Assembly (NCBI GenBank): GCA_951406725.2
Contig: OX597822.1
Location: 28,768,001 to 28,832,000, forward strand
Direction: 5' to 3'
DNA length: 64,000 nt
Origin: Octopus vulgaris
Lineage: Eukaryota
Positions within the stretch are counted from its first letter, which is position 1, and each line of letters opens with the position of its first letter. The position numbers and the translations under genes are program-made. Below are positions 1 to 14,010 of the stretch, piece by piece. The notes under the pieces were generated by a model. That model did no database searches, was not told the origin of the DNA, and saw nothing but the letters and a program-made list of their open reading frames with translations.

Positions 1-1655
1 TAATTCTTCCACTTCTTCTGCCGTTGGTGCTGCAGTGATTTCTATTTTATTTTTGCCAAGTTCTTGGTAGAACTTTTGGAGATTGGAGTTGAACTGTTTG
101 TTTTGTTCAAAGAAACGTTGGCGTTTCTCGTACCGGCGGATCCTTTGTGCTTTGGCAAGGATATCTTGCTTTAGCTTTTCTTTTATCTCAGGTAAATCTT
201 TTTCTGTGATGTTGTATTTTCGGAGTATTTTTGTTTTCTTTTTGTTGCTTAGTAACGTTGATTGTCTACTGATTTCGTTAAGAACCGACAGATTTTTTCT
301 CATTTTTTGTATTTTCTTTTGGATGTTATTTATCCACAGGGCTTGTTTGGGTGGTGGTACTCCTGTTTGTATGGGTTTGAGGGAGTATCCTGCTTCTTTT
401 ATGGCTACAGTGGCTGCTGCGTATACTAAGTCATTTAGCTCAGTGATGTCGCTATTTGTTTCAGTGGCTATTAGTTCTGTGATGGCTAGGTTTATGCTGT
501 TTATAATTGATGTTGTTGTTTTGTCTATTTTGATTTTTGGGAGGTATGGTCGGTGGTCCATCTTGAGATCTGTGTTTTTCAGTTCTTTGATTATTCTACT
601 TTTTATAGTTTCATAATCATTAGGCTCCCCTTCTTTGTTTCCAGGTTTTAGATTTGTGTCGCTTTTTTTCACGTTCGTATGTTTGTCTGTTGTGTTTTGG
701 CTTCCTGTTTGTCGTGTATTATTATGTATCCTTACAGTCTGGGTTTGTTGTTTTTTGTTTACATCGCTTTTGTTGGAAATGTTACGTTTGTCTTCATGTT
801 TTACTGTTTCAGTGTTTATATTATTGGGCATTGTTGTGTGGCTTCTATCTACATTTTCCTGGTGTATTTTTTCTTTTAAATGTTCTATTTCTATTTCTGA
901 TATTTTTTTGCGTTGAGAATATATCTTCGTACGTTAGCTAGTTTATTAGGGTTCATTGTTGTATCCAAGTCTATATTTATATTATTTTCCTTCCATATTT
1001 TATATGTATGTGTTGTTGTATTTTCATTCTTTGGGTAGAGCACTGCTGTAAAGTGAGCGTGTAGGATAGAAATGTATTCCTCACGTATCCATTTATGTCT
1101 TTGAGGTTTTATTTGCGGGACGTGAGGAACAACGTCCGGCCCATTATTTTGACGGTCGTCATTTTCGTAGGGTACCGGTTCGTTCATTTCTGTTGTCACA
1201 TTGTTTTGCACGTGTAGTTTTTCGTACATTTTATGTTGTAAGTTTAAAGTACGTACTTCCCGATTGTTATTCTTGGGTTGAATAATACCGGTATTATTTA
1301 ATTTCTTCGTAGTTTTTTGTACATGGTGTTTGGGGCCGGAGATGATCTGGTGTTGATGGATCGTAATGTATCACGCATGTTTACATGTGTTGTGTTAGAG
1401 GTGGAGATGATATCGAGTTAAAATACATCATTTCGTTTCGAAAATAGTAATAAATTTCAATGAGTATTACTTACTCGGTTACAGTCCAATCCTTTGTCAG
1501 TTAATTTTTGGCTCTATACAACGTCTTTGTTTTCGATGTTTGTGGATAGATTTCGGAGCACTGTTTTATCGTTCTCTCATGTTAAACGTCCCCGGTGTTC
1601 CTCTCGTCCCCGGCGTTCCTCTCCGTCCCTGGTGTTCCTCTCCATCCCTGGTCTA
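1..1655 (-). mobile_element. 5' part of an R4/Dong-like (RLE-type) non-LTR retrotransposon, frameshifted, running off the window start
   Basis: The minus-strand ORF 891-1229 has the N-terminal motif RHKWIREEY...H. It continues after a frameshift near 905 as SEIEIEHLKEKI... and ...AKAQRIRRYEKRQRFFEQNKQF, typical of the R4-clade pre-RT region. The 5' end abuts a (TAA)n tract (1657-1720), the known Dong/R4 target. Confidence 0.7.
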
Positions 1656-1661
1656 ATATTA

Positions 1662-1720
<59 letters not shown>

Positions 1721-1742
1721 TGATTGAACGCCACGCATCCGA

Positions 1743-2135
1743 ATGTGTGGTATGTAGCTTGTTTACCAGCCACATGGTCCCGGGTTCAGTCCCGCTGCGT
1801 GGCACTTTGGACAAGTGTCTTCTACTATAGCTTCGGGCTGACCAAAGCCTTGTGAGTGGATTTGGTAGACGGAAACTGGAAAAAGCTCGTTGTATATGTG
1901 TATATATATGTATGTGTGTGTATACGTTTGTGTGTCTGTGTTTGTTCCCCCAACATCGCTTGATAACCGATGCTGATGTGTTTATGTCCCCGTAATTTAG
2001 CGGTTCGGCAAAAGAGACCGATAGAATAAGTATTAGGCTTACAGAGAATAAGCTCTGGAGTCGATTTGCTCGACTAAAGCCGATGCTCCAGCATCGTCGC
2101 AGCCAAATGACTGAAACAAGTAACAGAATAAATGA
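1743..2135 (+). mobile_element. tRNA-derived octopus-type SINE (family A), near full length
   Basis: tRNA-like head with GGTTCAGTCCC B-box-like motif, GGCACTTTGGACAAGTG core, internal (TG/TA)n and a tail ...CCAGCATCGTCGCAGCCAAATGACTGAAACAAGTAA. Homologous to copies at 32.6, 36.9, 40.8 and 60.3 kb. Confidence 0.85.
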
Positions 2136-2423
2136 GTAATATATATATAACATGGCTCTTGTAGCTTATCTATTATATCTTAACAAATGGTTTATTATTA
2201 TGAAATATTCTGTAAAAATATTCTCTGAAACCATATTAATTCGATGGATAAACATATACATATAAGTATAATTTAACTGTGATGAAAAGAAAAAAATCCT
2301 CTGGTGGATATTGGTGTATATTAGTACGTATGTATATATATGTAAATGTTGCTTCTATTTGTTACCCATACGCATGGACTTGTGTGCATGAAGAACAATA
2401 TTGTAACAACCCTGGTCTAACTG

Positions 2424-2519
<96 letters not shown>

Positions 2520-2530
2520 CATATATATAC

Positions 2531-2580
<50 letters not shown>

Positions 2581-4772
2581 CATTGCAGGCAGAACTGCAC
2601 TGTTAATGAGGTTGGCGCGGGTAGTCCTGTCCAACCTTCCCTTGAGCACATCCCTTATGCCATTGAACGCCTTCCATCCGGCCCTTACTCTCCGTGAGAT
2701 CTCCTTTTTGATATCCCGGCACATATTTACTTCCTGTCCCAGGTAGACATATTCTCTCACCTCCTCTATTTCATCACTGCCGATCACCATTCGACCTGTT
2801 GGTACGTTGTCTGACCGCATGAACTTTGTTTTAATGCGTTTCATCTTGAGACCTACTGCAGAACTTTTGATATCGAGCTCCGTCAGCATGTTTTCAGCGA
2901 TGAGTACGATGTCGTCAGCGAAACGGAGGTGAGTGAGGAGCTCGCCATTGATGATGACACCACCTTGCCATTCGATGCCTCTGATGATCTGTTCGAGACA
3001 TGCAGTGAAAAGTTTTGGGGAGATTGTATCTCCTTGCTTCACTCCCTTCTCGACCGGCACTCGTATGGGTGATGACAGTAGAGTTATGTCGGTGGTGCAT
3101 CCGGAATTTGCCTCTCTGAGCAGCTGCACATATTGCGCTTCGATTCCTTGCCTCTGCAGCGAGTTCAGCACTGCGTTGGTTTCGACGCTATCGAAGGCCT
3201 TCTCATAATCTATAAACGCAACGCAAAGAGGCAGCTTGTACTCATTTGCTCGCTCAAGCAGTTGCGTTAGAGCAAATATATGGTCCATTGTGCTGTAGTT
3301 CTTCCGGAAGCCTGCTTGCTCCCTCGGTTGTTGTTCGTCGAGACGACGTGACAACCTGTTCAGAATTATCTTCGTGAACAGCTTGTACACGTGAGACAGC
3401 AGGCATATGGGTCGGTAGTTCTTTAGATCTTCTCTGTCGCCCTTCTTATACAGCAGGATGGTATTTGACTCTTTCCTCTGCGAGGGAATTCTTCCCTCGT
3501 CTAGATAGTGCGTAAATCGCTCAGCGAGGATTTTCCAGAGCTGCTCTCTGCCTGACTTTAGCACATCCGATGTTATACCGTCTTTCCCTGGAGCCTTTCC
3601 GTTTTTCATCGAGCCGATGGCTATTTCAACCTCACTGACAAGGATAGGTGGCACGTGGTAACGGCTGGACATTTCCGGTAGACTTAAAGAGCTTGGTGTA
3701 GAAGTCTTCACAAACTTTTTCCATCTCGCTCTTCTCGTTGACCGGTATTCCATCTGTATTTTTCAGGGCCGTCACCTCCGATCTATATAGTACCATGTCC
3801 CTCTTGCATTTCTTGAGGCTCTTCTTTTCCTCTGCGGCCTTCAAGAGCTTCTCCATCCGGTATGCCTCAAAGTCTTTCTTTAGTTGCTGACGAATCACTC
3901 TGCTGAGAATGGAATATTCAAGGTGATCTTCAATAGTTCTCTTCATATTTTTCCTCTTCTCGAGTAACTTCGTAGTTTCTTCCGAAATTCTTCCTTCTTT
4001 TCTCTTGGGCATACACCCTTAGCCTTCCTGAAACACTCCTTCAGTTTCCCTGTCAGTGAGTTGTAATCATCGTCTATGTCGTCTCCTTGGCACCAGTCTT
4101 CCTGCATGATGGCTTCCTGCAGCTTTGCCTCGTTATAGACTCGGACACATTTTCCTAACACGTCGCACCTGATCTTCTTCCTCTCCTCCATTAGGTGGTT
4201 CAGTTCTTGCCACCCTGCCATAGACCTGCAGTTGTAAGTGCATATGGCAAGTTTAGTCCTGTTCCATGACGGCTTTCGGGAACCTGTGATTCTTAGCAGC
4301 CTCTCGTCGCTCGAGTTGCACTCTGCCGTCATGGAGTGGCCCTTTTCCTGTTATATGGTAGTGAAACATGGGCTACCACAAAGAGAGAAGAGCAAAGACT
4401 GATAACGGCTCAAAGAGCCATGGAAAGGTCAATGCTTGGTATCTCGTTGAGAGAGCACATAAATAGCAACATCATCAGAAAGAAGTCCGGCGTGAGAGAT
4501 GTCATCGCAAAGTATACTCGCAGCATGTATAGATGGGCTGGACACGTCGCCCGGCTCACCGATAATCGGTGGACGCACGCAGTTGTCGAGTGGTACCCGC
4601 GTGAGCGGAAAAGAACACCCGGAAGACCTCCACGACGGTGGAGTGACGATTTAAAGAGGACGATTGAGATCACGTGGATGAGAAAGACGCGATCCAGAGA
4701 GGAGTGGACAGCGTGCTGTGACCAGCGGTGTCAAATGGACGCCTGACGGACTAGTCGGTCAAAGTGATCAAA

Positions 4773-4776
<4 letters not shown>
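2581..4776. mobile_element. RTE-clade LINE with an inverted 5' portion (2581-4335, -) and a sense 3' end (about 4345-4776, +), inserted in (TA)n
   Basis: Minus-strand RT motifs [35 protein letters not shown] and LRFADDIVL. Plus-strand C-terminus LLYGSETW...RWAGHVAR...GRPPRRWSDDL with a (TCAAAGTGA)2 tail. The APE domain starts (ICTYNCRS...CDVLG) but most of it is deleted. Confidence 0.92.
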
Positions 4777-4858
<82 letters not shown>

Positions 4859-5020
4859 TTTGTTTGTTTGTAGGGATTGTGGATTTAAAATTTATAAAAT
4901 TAAATCTACCGTAAAAATTGTTTATATAGTATCGTAATATATGATATATTGGAATCTACGATAATATGTATTGTGAAATGAAGATTACTCTAAATCTAAT
5001 AATATTGTTATTATTGATAA

Positions 5021-5089
<69 letters not shown>

Positions 5090-5097
5090 TAACAATA

Positions 5098-5140
<43 letters not shown>

Positions 5141-5443
5141 TAATAATAATAATATTAGTAATAGTTGATTATTGTTTATGTAGTTATGAGCATGGACGTA
5201 TGTATATGTTCCAGTATATATGTATATATATATGTATATGACGAATTGTCTATTTCCTTGGACCTATTGTTTAATTGTGCTTTTTTATGTATTTATACAC
5301 ATATATACTTTGCTTTTGTACGTATATATATATATGTGTATATGTATATGTGTATGTGTATATGGATATTTGTTTATATTTATATATATTAAATTGTACG
5401 TGTTTCTTGTTTCATGTATTCATATTTTTAAAGATCTTTATAA

Positions 5444-5569
5444 TCTCTGACGAGGCCTATGGTTATATATAAGTAACCTTTTTTTAAATGACTACAACCT
5501 CAATATAATTGACAACTATAGGCACTGAAGAAAAACTACTTTTTTCCATAGGCTGAAACAGCTGTAAGA
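5444..5569 (+). ncRNA. Type I hammerhead ribozyme motif with a long stem II loop
   Basis: TCT-CTGACGA-G-GCCTATGG[83 nt]CCATAGGC-T-GAAA-CAGCTG-TA-AGA. Canonical core, 8-bp stem II, palindromic stem III, GUA triplet, short stem I. Confidence 0.7.
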
Positions 5570-5759
5570 GTGATTTTAATGATGTCACTAATTTATATTA
5601 AGATTTTTATAATTGTATTCTTATCTTATATGTATTGAATTATAATGTGTATATGTATGTTATTAAGGTTCTCGTTTTTGTTAAATGAATAAATAAGTCA
5701 GCATTCTAATATCCGAATACTGATGAACCAACTAAATTGTTTCTCGATTTTCTTATTTG

Positions 5760-5806
<47 letters not shown>

Positions 5807-6242
5807 AATAATGAGGGTGATAAATTGAATATTAATTTAATTAACATCAATTTAAAACCAGTGGCCTAGCATATAGAAAAATCTGAAAATTCAGAAACAT
5901 TGTATTACATACGTTTAAGAAGGGATGACCACTAAGAGGACATCCAATATGCTAGAAATAGATCACCTACGATCTAGCCACAAAGGAAAAGAATGTTCAG
6001 CGAACACCAGGACATAAGCGGGTAAGACAAATGAAAATATACAAAATAAAGAATTAATTGTAGACTAATTTCGCCATTAACGAATTTACTTACGTAACAA
6101 CGTCTGTGGCTCCTCAGTACGACTGTTCTAATTCAATATAATTTGCAGAACTGTACACAGGTTGTCCTCATAAAATTAGACGTGTACGCGTCTGTGTGTG
6201 TGTGTATGTATGTATATATATACATATGCGTGTGCGTGCGTG

Positions 6243-6276
<34 letters not shown>

Positions 6277-7399
6277 CATGTATCTATGTATGTATGTATG
6301 TATATGTGTGTGTGTGTATAATGTACAGATCCGATATTGTTGACGTTATAAGAATTCATAAACTTTCAAGAGAAAATGGAATAATTCTCTTTTGGAATAT
6401 CTCGAAGCAAACGCAAAAAACTACAAATAATAATATAAATACCGCGTTGAATATTAGCATGTAATCCCACACACGCTATTACTTTGTGTGCGCTTCGAGA
6501 TGTTCCCAAAAAATATATCTAAGAATTACGTGTTTATGTATGTGTATGTCTTTGTATGTCTGTTTGTCGACCACCACCACTTGGAATTTGGTGGTGGTTT
6601 GTTTACATCCCCATTACTTAGCTGTTTGACACAAGAGACGCATAAAATAAGTAGCAGACTTAAATCACGTACTAGGGTCCATTTGTTCGACTAAGCCAGA
6701 GGTCGCCAAACGGGGTCCGAGGAACCCCTAGAGGTCAGCGAGTAATTAAATGGGGTTGCTGATAGCCAAGTAGTCGAAAAGGGGTCGATGTGCGAAAGAC
6801 CAGCTCACCGAGATTAACTATTTGAAATACTTAATCAGAGCCATGCTCGTCCCTCAAATTGATGCTGTCAATTTCAATAAACGTTATTCTTGTAATATGA
6901 TGCATTTTTCACATTTTCTAATGATATAAAAATCAGAATACAAAAAGTTTCAAAGTCTGAAAGCCCAGAATAACAAATTCTGAAATGCTCTATGACAAAA
7001 AAATTTTATTATTATTTTTCACATTTTCTAACCGTGAGGGCATTTTCATAACAATTGAAAGTTTAATACAGTATACTAGTATACGTAGTTTAAAATAAAA
7101 AGGGTGTGTCATTTTCAATGGAATTTCTTTATTTGTCGTACATGTATATTTTAGCTAACATTTTTATTGCCAGCATCAGTACCCGGTACAAATTTAAGAT
7201 ATGGTAGGGTGAGATAGGCTATTAAGATATTTTAAATGAGGAAGGTAATAGATACGGAAGGAGAAGTGATTAAAGGGGGTCGATGCGGAAGGTGAAATGG
7301 TTAAAAGGGGTGGATGGCCGAAAACATTTGGTGACCTCTGAACTAAACATTTCAAAGCGTTGCTCCTGCATAGTCGCTGTCCCTTAACTGAAACAAGTA

Positions 7400-7670
7400 G
7401 TAGCGTTAACGTATGGATAAGAACCTTTAGCATCTTCAAATGCAGTTGCTGTATGTAAGATTGCCACTCCTGTGTGACCTTCACAGCCTCAGCAGATGCG
7501 GCACCGCCATCAGCAGGTTACACACAAATTCTCCAGGGGTAATTCCATGGCCTTTCGGGACCATATCAGACACCATGGAAATGGATATCCGTATCCATAT
7601 CCAAGGTCTCTGTCGGTCTCGAAAGGCCGTGAAGAATATATTATATATATTGATATATATATTATTAACA

Positions 7671-7708
<38 letters not shown>

Positions 7709-7975
7709 TATACACCCATAGTGAGAGACATATACATATATAAGAAGTGTGTAGGAGACGAGAGGGAGAGAGACGATGCAAACACAAAGACCAAAATATC
7801 AAATCGATATTGGGACTAAACGATTACTATAGGGAAATATGAAATAGTCAATATGAAGGATAGATTAATATTACTATTCAATAATATTTACAAAGTTCAA
7901 AATGTTAGCAACTTTTGATATAGTAATTAGTTTTATACATAGTTAAGTGGGATCCGAGAATTTATTAATGACACA
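7400..7975. repeat. Dispersed repeat of unknown class, copy 1 (near-identical copy at 12770-13352)
   Basis: Shared sequence from GTAGTAGCGTTAACGTATGG to TTATTAATGACACA with an internal (TA)n. The ORF track shows matching peptides at 7440/12824 and 7510/12844. Confidence 0.85.
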
Positions 7976-8734
7976 CAAACTTTTTTCTCTTTCTTAAACT
8001 GCTTGGAACCCTATCTTCTACCATAACAATACTCGCCACAACATATAAAGGAGGAAGGAAGGTGTGATAGATCAATAAGGAAGGAAGGGGTGATGGCAAA
8101 CAAGTAGTGGGAGCGTTTCAACTCTGAGTAAATGTGTATGTAAAAGGGAGGAATGTGAATGTGCGTGTGAATGTGTGTGTGTGGAATGGAAGTGTGATGG
8201 TGAACATTCAACGATGAAAAAAATCAAACAACGTTTCAACTCTGTGTGAGTATATGTGTATATATAAGTGCGTGTACAAGGGAAGTATGTAAATGTTTGT
8301 ATGTGTAAACCAGCGTTCTTTTAGTTACAAACGTTGACCGATGTCACATCTCAAAAGACAACCACTAGATAGCATTGACAAGTATATTAATTTGATTTAC
8401 CATCCATATTTATATATAAAATACTACAATCAACCGTCAGTTTTGACGGCACAATGCCAACTAGTTTTATACATTTGCGATCCAAAAAGGCACAGCGGCT
8501 TCTTCTGATTAAACTTTCTGAAGAAGATTAACAAAAGTATCTAGACCAAACTCCATATTCGCCATTTTAGTATTTTTTTGTTCACATATGAATAAATCAC
8601 AACATATTTCAATATACAACCTCAAATTCTCATAACCATCGATCTGTTTTAAAATGCTTCAAAGTTGATTTTTTTTCTTTTATTCTTTATGGTTCCACTA
8701 CAGTTTTCAAATCTTACATCATAGGCAGCAGTAA

Positions 8735-9040
8735 TCTGTATATATATAAAAGGCATGATGTGTGTGTGAGTGTGTGTGTACGTGAATGTAAATTATGCAC
8801 ATCCACAAATTAGCACGCATGTCTCTCCAATTTTAGGAGGACATTCGGCACGACTCTAGCTGTAATTTCGTCAAATTATTTTCCCCGAGGCACCAGTGAA
8901 TAGCAATAAAAATTAATTTTCGACCATAACTTAACAATTTTCACAGCGGAGAAATCCACCATTGTTTATACAAACATGAGTTAAGTACCCTTCTAGGTAC
9001 GGTGTAAAGAGAGGGAGGGAGAGGCTTGATTCACACACAC

Positions 9041-9097
<57 letters not shown>

Positions 9098-9149
9098 AAC
9101 ATGTATGCGTACAAAACACATGTATGCAATGTGTGTGTGTGTGTTGCCC

Positions 9150-9202
<53 letters not shown>

Positions 9203-9883
9203 TATATATACACACACACAATATAAATGATATTCTCCGTTTCTCCACAACTAATTTCCAAATTAGCTGAATCCGTTGATCTACTCGTAGAGATATATAA
9301 CTGGACGTGCATGAACATGGGAGAGAGTAGAGGTTACCAGAGCAAAAGACCTACGTGTTGACTGTAGACACGCTCCTTCGCAAACGATCAGCTATTATTT
9401 TGTAAACAATGTTTCGAAACTGTTCATGTTTTCGAAAGAAGAGATCTGACTCTCATATCTCTGTTGAAGAAGGTAGGCCCCCTCTTTTCCGCTCACAAAA
9501 CTTACGTCTGGGTGTTTACAAATTTGCATTTTGTAAACAATGTTTCGAAACTGTCCATGTTTTCAACCATAACGTCTACCAATTTTGATGTATTCTGTTC
9601 AAACTTGATGCCAGCATTACTTAGGACTCATGGGGTCTTTGAATGTTTTAAGTTCTCCAAAAAACGAAAATAAAACAATCGATGAGTGGAAAAAATCGAT
9701 AAACCGATTCCTTATGGGATTTCCCAATCAAATTGTCTGCAAAATTTCAGCCAAAAGTTTACCAATTTCAACGGATTTCACTCAAATTTGACGTCGATGT
9801 TACTTAGTTTGCTTTGAAATAAAGAGCTTGATTAGCTTAATAATCCTAACTTAATCCCGAGCAAAGCCGGGATATACTGCTAG
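8735..9883 (+). mobile_element. Non-autonomous Helitron-type element
   Basis: Begins TC after host A (8734). Ends with the hairpin CCCGAGCAAAGCCGGG, a short spacer and CTAG before host T (9884). There is no TSD. It has an internal 36-bp direct repeat (9398/9529). Confidence 0.75.
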
Positions 9884-10179
9884 TCGACAATAAAATGGAT
9901 CCTCACAAAAGTCCATCCTTTGAGTATTTACTGTGGTTTACAGTCTACCAGAGTTTACAACTTACGCTCGCATACATTACACATTTAAACGACATTATTC
10001 GTATCTCCAGAACTGCTATTCTTCTGACATGATTAATAATGTCAATTCTGATCACAAAAATCTTTTCTATCAATAGTTGTAGAAATATTTATTTTAAATT
10101 TTAGTACAATACTAGCAATTTCGGGACAGAAGTAAGTCGACTACATAGACCCTAGTGACCCACTGGTGTTTATTTTATC

Positions 10180-10352
10180 ATTTTCTACTCAAGGAACGAG
10201 GCCTGAAATTTGAGGGGAAGGGCATCAGTCGATTAGATCAACCCCAGTACGAAACTGGTACTGAATTTATCGACCTTGAAAGGATGAAAGGCAAAATCGA
10301 CCTCTGCGGAATTTGAACTCAGAACGTAAAGACACAATAAATACCGCTAAAT
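10180..10352 (-). mobile_element. tRNA-derived SINE (family C) fragment
   Basis: The reverse complement gives GTTCTGAGTTCAAATTCCGC...GCCTTTCATCCTTTC...GATAAAT..AGTACCAGT. Homologous to 30020-30250 and 31665-31775. Confidence 0.8.
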
Positions 10353-10535
10353 TGGCTCGGCACCAGAGCTTGTCCTCAAAAGAAATAAGGGTTTGGGGGG
10401 CATTAAAAATTATCTTTATTTCTAGAGAGGTTAGGTTAGTTAGGTTCTTAGCTAGAAAAAGAGTTTGATTTAGAAGTTAGGAGAAATAGAAGAATAGTAA
10501 TTGTTTATGTCGAATTTTTTTGAAGAATTTTTTGT

Positions 10536-10595
<60 letters not shown>

Positions 10596-10859
10596 ACAAA
10601 AAATTATTTCCTATATAAGTACAAATAAAGGTTACAAGCATCATTGAGGGATAGCAAAATCCTATGAAAGTACTGGTTAGTTACCTATACAAAGAATGTT
10701 GTACATTACAGTTAATACACTGCAAGGTAACTATATCAACTGTGGTTTATATATTTATTTATTTATTATAAGATAAGAAAATAGAGAGATTATTGATAAA
10801 TTTTTATTCGTTAATTAAAAAATTGACCAAATTTTAAATTTTTTAAATAATAATAATGA

Positions 10860-11725
10860 AATTATTGTATACAGTGCTCAGTTGCACCACAACTTGTCAA
10901 AAGTGCGTATAAAGCATATGCAGTAATGTACAAATGTCTAGAAAGGGAACAGTGTATGAGTCAGATGGAGGGAAAAAAATCAGGTGTAGTGTTGGCAAAT
11001 CTCAGGAAGCATGGAAGTTTTGAAGGATGCAGTGCTCCAACAACTAACAACTGATGCCGGCAGTTTGTTCCATACTTCAGCAACTCTTAGCGTGAAAAAT
11101 GTTTCCGAAAATCATGGGAGCTGTGCTGTTTTCTGACTTTGTAAACATGTCTACGGGTGTTAGACAGGTGGAGTTTGAAAAGGTGCTCAGAGTTATTGTT
11201 TGTAACATGGTTAATAATTTTATGGGTGTCTACCAAGTCAGCTGCCAGGCGTCGGAGTTTCAATGTATCCATGCCCAGGGAAGTAAGGCGTTCAGAACAT
11301 GGCAAATGCCTGATGGAGGGTATTCTCTTGGTTGCACGTCGCTGAATGGTTTCCAGACGATTAATATCCTGGGCAAGATAGGGGTTCCAGACCGGTGATG
11401 CAAATTCCAGGTGAGGTCGCGCCATAGCTATATAAAGCCGCAGATAGCCGGAGAGCGGCTCGCAAAGGACTTAGTAAGTAATGCCAAGACACCCTCAGCC
11501 TTCTTGGCAATTTTAGCAATGTTCTTTGTCCAACGCAAATCGCTGTCGACAATAATGTCCTGGTTACGTTCACAAGAAGACTTTTTGAGATTAGTGTTGT
11601 GGAGGGAGTAAGTAGACGCTGGGTTTTTCCTCCCGAAATGCATGGTGGTACATTTGTCCACAGCCAGCTTGAGTTGCCAGTCCATGATCCACTGCTGCAT
11701 TGTGTCCAGGTCTGATTGCAATAAA
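10860..11725 (-). mobile_element. 5'-truncated CR1-like LINE 3' end, frameshifted
   Basis: Peptides LQSDLDTMQQW...WQLKLAVDKC, RPHLEFASPVWNPY, LETIQRRATKRIP and RRLAADL...HKI, followed by a 3' UTR ending in (TTA)-type repeats. Confidence 0.85.
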
Positions 11726-12109
11726 GATCTTATCTTTTTTACTCTAGCTCAATAATATTTCTTTAAGGGACAAAAGGCTATGTTTTGTAAGTCTTTATAC
11801 ATTTATTTATTTATTTTTACTGCGTCTATTTTTACTTTTTACTCAATTTTTTTTTATTTATTTTACTTTATTCTTGGTTTTATTTTAAAAAGTTTTATGT
11901 ACCCTAGCATTAAATTAACATATAAGTCTTTTAACCTTTTCGATATTTATAATAAGTAATATATTGCCTGAAATACCTTCCACCTTAATTAAATATTAAT
12001 AATAACTAAGACACACTTGAATTAAACTCTACATAATAATTTTCTATTGATTTTATATGGATGGACATAATATCACAATACATGACATTTATACCAATAC
12101 ATCTACTCT

Positions 12110-12171
<62 letters not shown>

Positions 12172-12610
12172 ATCTATTCTTACTTTACAATTCCAATATG
12201 CATCTTTCTAAGGTCTATACCATATTTTACATTATGTTCTTTATGAATAAATTTTATCAGTTAGCAGTTTGCAGCCGTTTACTCAACGTGCAGGAATTAA
12301 ACACCTATTTTGTATATTTTAAATTATTTTAGGTGAGATTCGACTTTCAAATAACTTTTAATTTTATTAATTAATTTTCTGAATGTCGTGTATTGAAACA
12401 GCTTAAAGGGATGCTTGTCAATTTTTAATTAGTAAACAATAATTAATTAATTATTTTCTATTTTCTTACCTTATTATATATATGTATACATGTATATATA
12501 TGTGCGTATGTATATATATATATATATATATATACATAAAATGAACACATGCGTGTTTATATATAGATATATACATATATATACTCATATAATGAACACA
12601 TTATATATAT

Positions 12611-12659
<49 letters not shown>

Positions 12660-12660
12660 C

Positions 12661-12741
<81 letters not shown>

Positions 12742-12769
12742 TACACATATTAGAGGAAAACCACTACGT

Positions 12770-13032
12770 AGTAGTAGCGTTAACGTATGGATAAGAATCG
12801 TTAGCATCTTCAAGTATGTAAGATTGCCACTCCTGTGTGACCTTCACCACCTCAGCAGATGCGACACCACCATCAGCAGGTTACACACAAATTCTCCAGG
12901 CGTAATTCCACGGCCTTTCGGAACCATATCAGACACCATGGAAATGGATATCCGTATCCATATCCAAGGTCTCTGTCGGTCTCGAAAGGCCGTGAAGAAT
13001 ATATTATATATATTGATATATATATTATTAAC

Positions 13033-13094
<62 letters not shown>

Positions 13095-13352
13095 CCATAG
13101 TGAGAGACATATACATATATAAGAAGTCTGTGGGAGACGAGAGGGAGAGAGACGATGCAAACACAAAGACCAAAATATCAAATCGATATTGGGACTAAAC
13201 GATTACTATAGGGAAATATGAAATAGTCAATATGAAGGATAGATTAATATTACTATTCAATAATATTTACAAAGTTCAAAATATTAGCAGATTTTGATAT
13301 AGTAATTAGTTTTATACATAGTTAAGTGGGATCCGAGCATTTATTAATGACA
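12770..13352. repeat. Dispersed repeat of unknown class, copy 2
   Basis: Near-identical to 7400-7975. Confidence 0.85.
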
Positions 13353-14010
13353 CAAAAATCTTGCATACATTCCACAACTCGAACGTTTAAATACTTTAAA
13401 TAAAAATTATGAGTATTCCTATATATTTTTCAAATTTTAACTTTTTATTATAATAATAAGAAGAAATATACTATACTAACCTTTAACTTAACTTTCATAG
13501 ATGACTAGAAAAACTTCAATGTAATCTTGAAATTGGAACTTTTCTTAAATCTAATCTAGTTTTAAAATTTAACGCTGTTCCCCCAGTTATAAAATACTAT
13601 GCCTACTAAAAATAAGTGATGGGTTTTTTTCCCTACTCTCTGTAAAAGAAATTAATGACCTTTTGACACTGACCTAGTTTCTTCTCACCACATAGTATTA
13701 ATTGGCTTTTTGTTAGTGGTAACTTGAATTCCTTTATGGTTTTCTGAAACCTTCCTTAACCTCATTTCTACAACCAACTTGAATTCCTTTTATGATATTC
13801 TGAGACCTCCCCTACCCTCATTCCTAAACCTAAAACAAAAAAAAATTCTTATAGCAGTCAGATACAACCAGAGTTTTGGTCAGTTAGCAACTGAACTTCA
13901 TAACCTCATATGTTCTTAAAATTCAAATCTACATCTTTATCTGTATATTTACCTTCTCTAAAATGTTACTACTTGATTTGAACTCTTTTATATTATTGGA
14001 AAACCTATAT

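Noticed and set aside
83-941. Plus-strand hydrophobic ORFs
   Set aside because: They are antisense shadows of the A-rich R4-like ORF.
2358-2410. Three-way junction with the ACAATATTGT palindrome near (TA)n
   Set aside because: It sits in an HHR-like position but has no CUGANGA core.
6697-8010. Single hAT/Charlie-like element spanning the 7.4-kb repeat
   Set aside because: The left end (CAGAGGTCGCCAAAC) is suggestive, but no matching right TIR or 8-bp TSD was found.
12376-12408. CTGAATG...GAAACAGCTTA degenerate hammerhead
   Set aside because: Core positions 8-9 and stems II and III are broken, so it is at best a dead relic.
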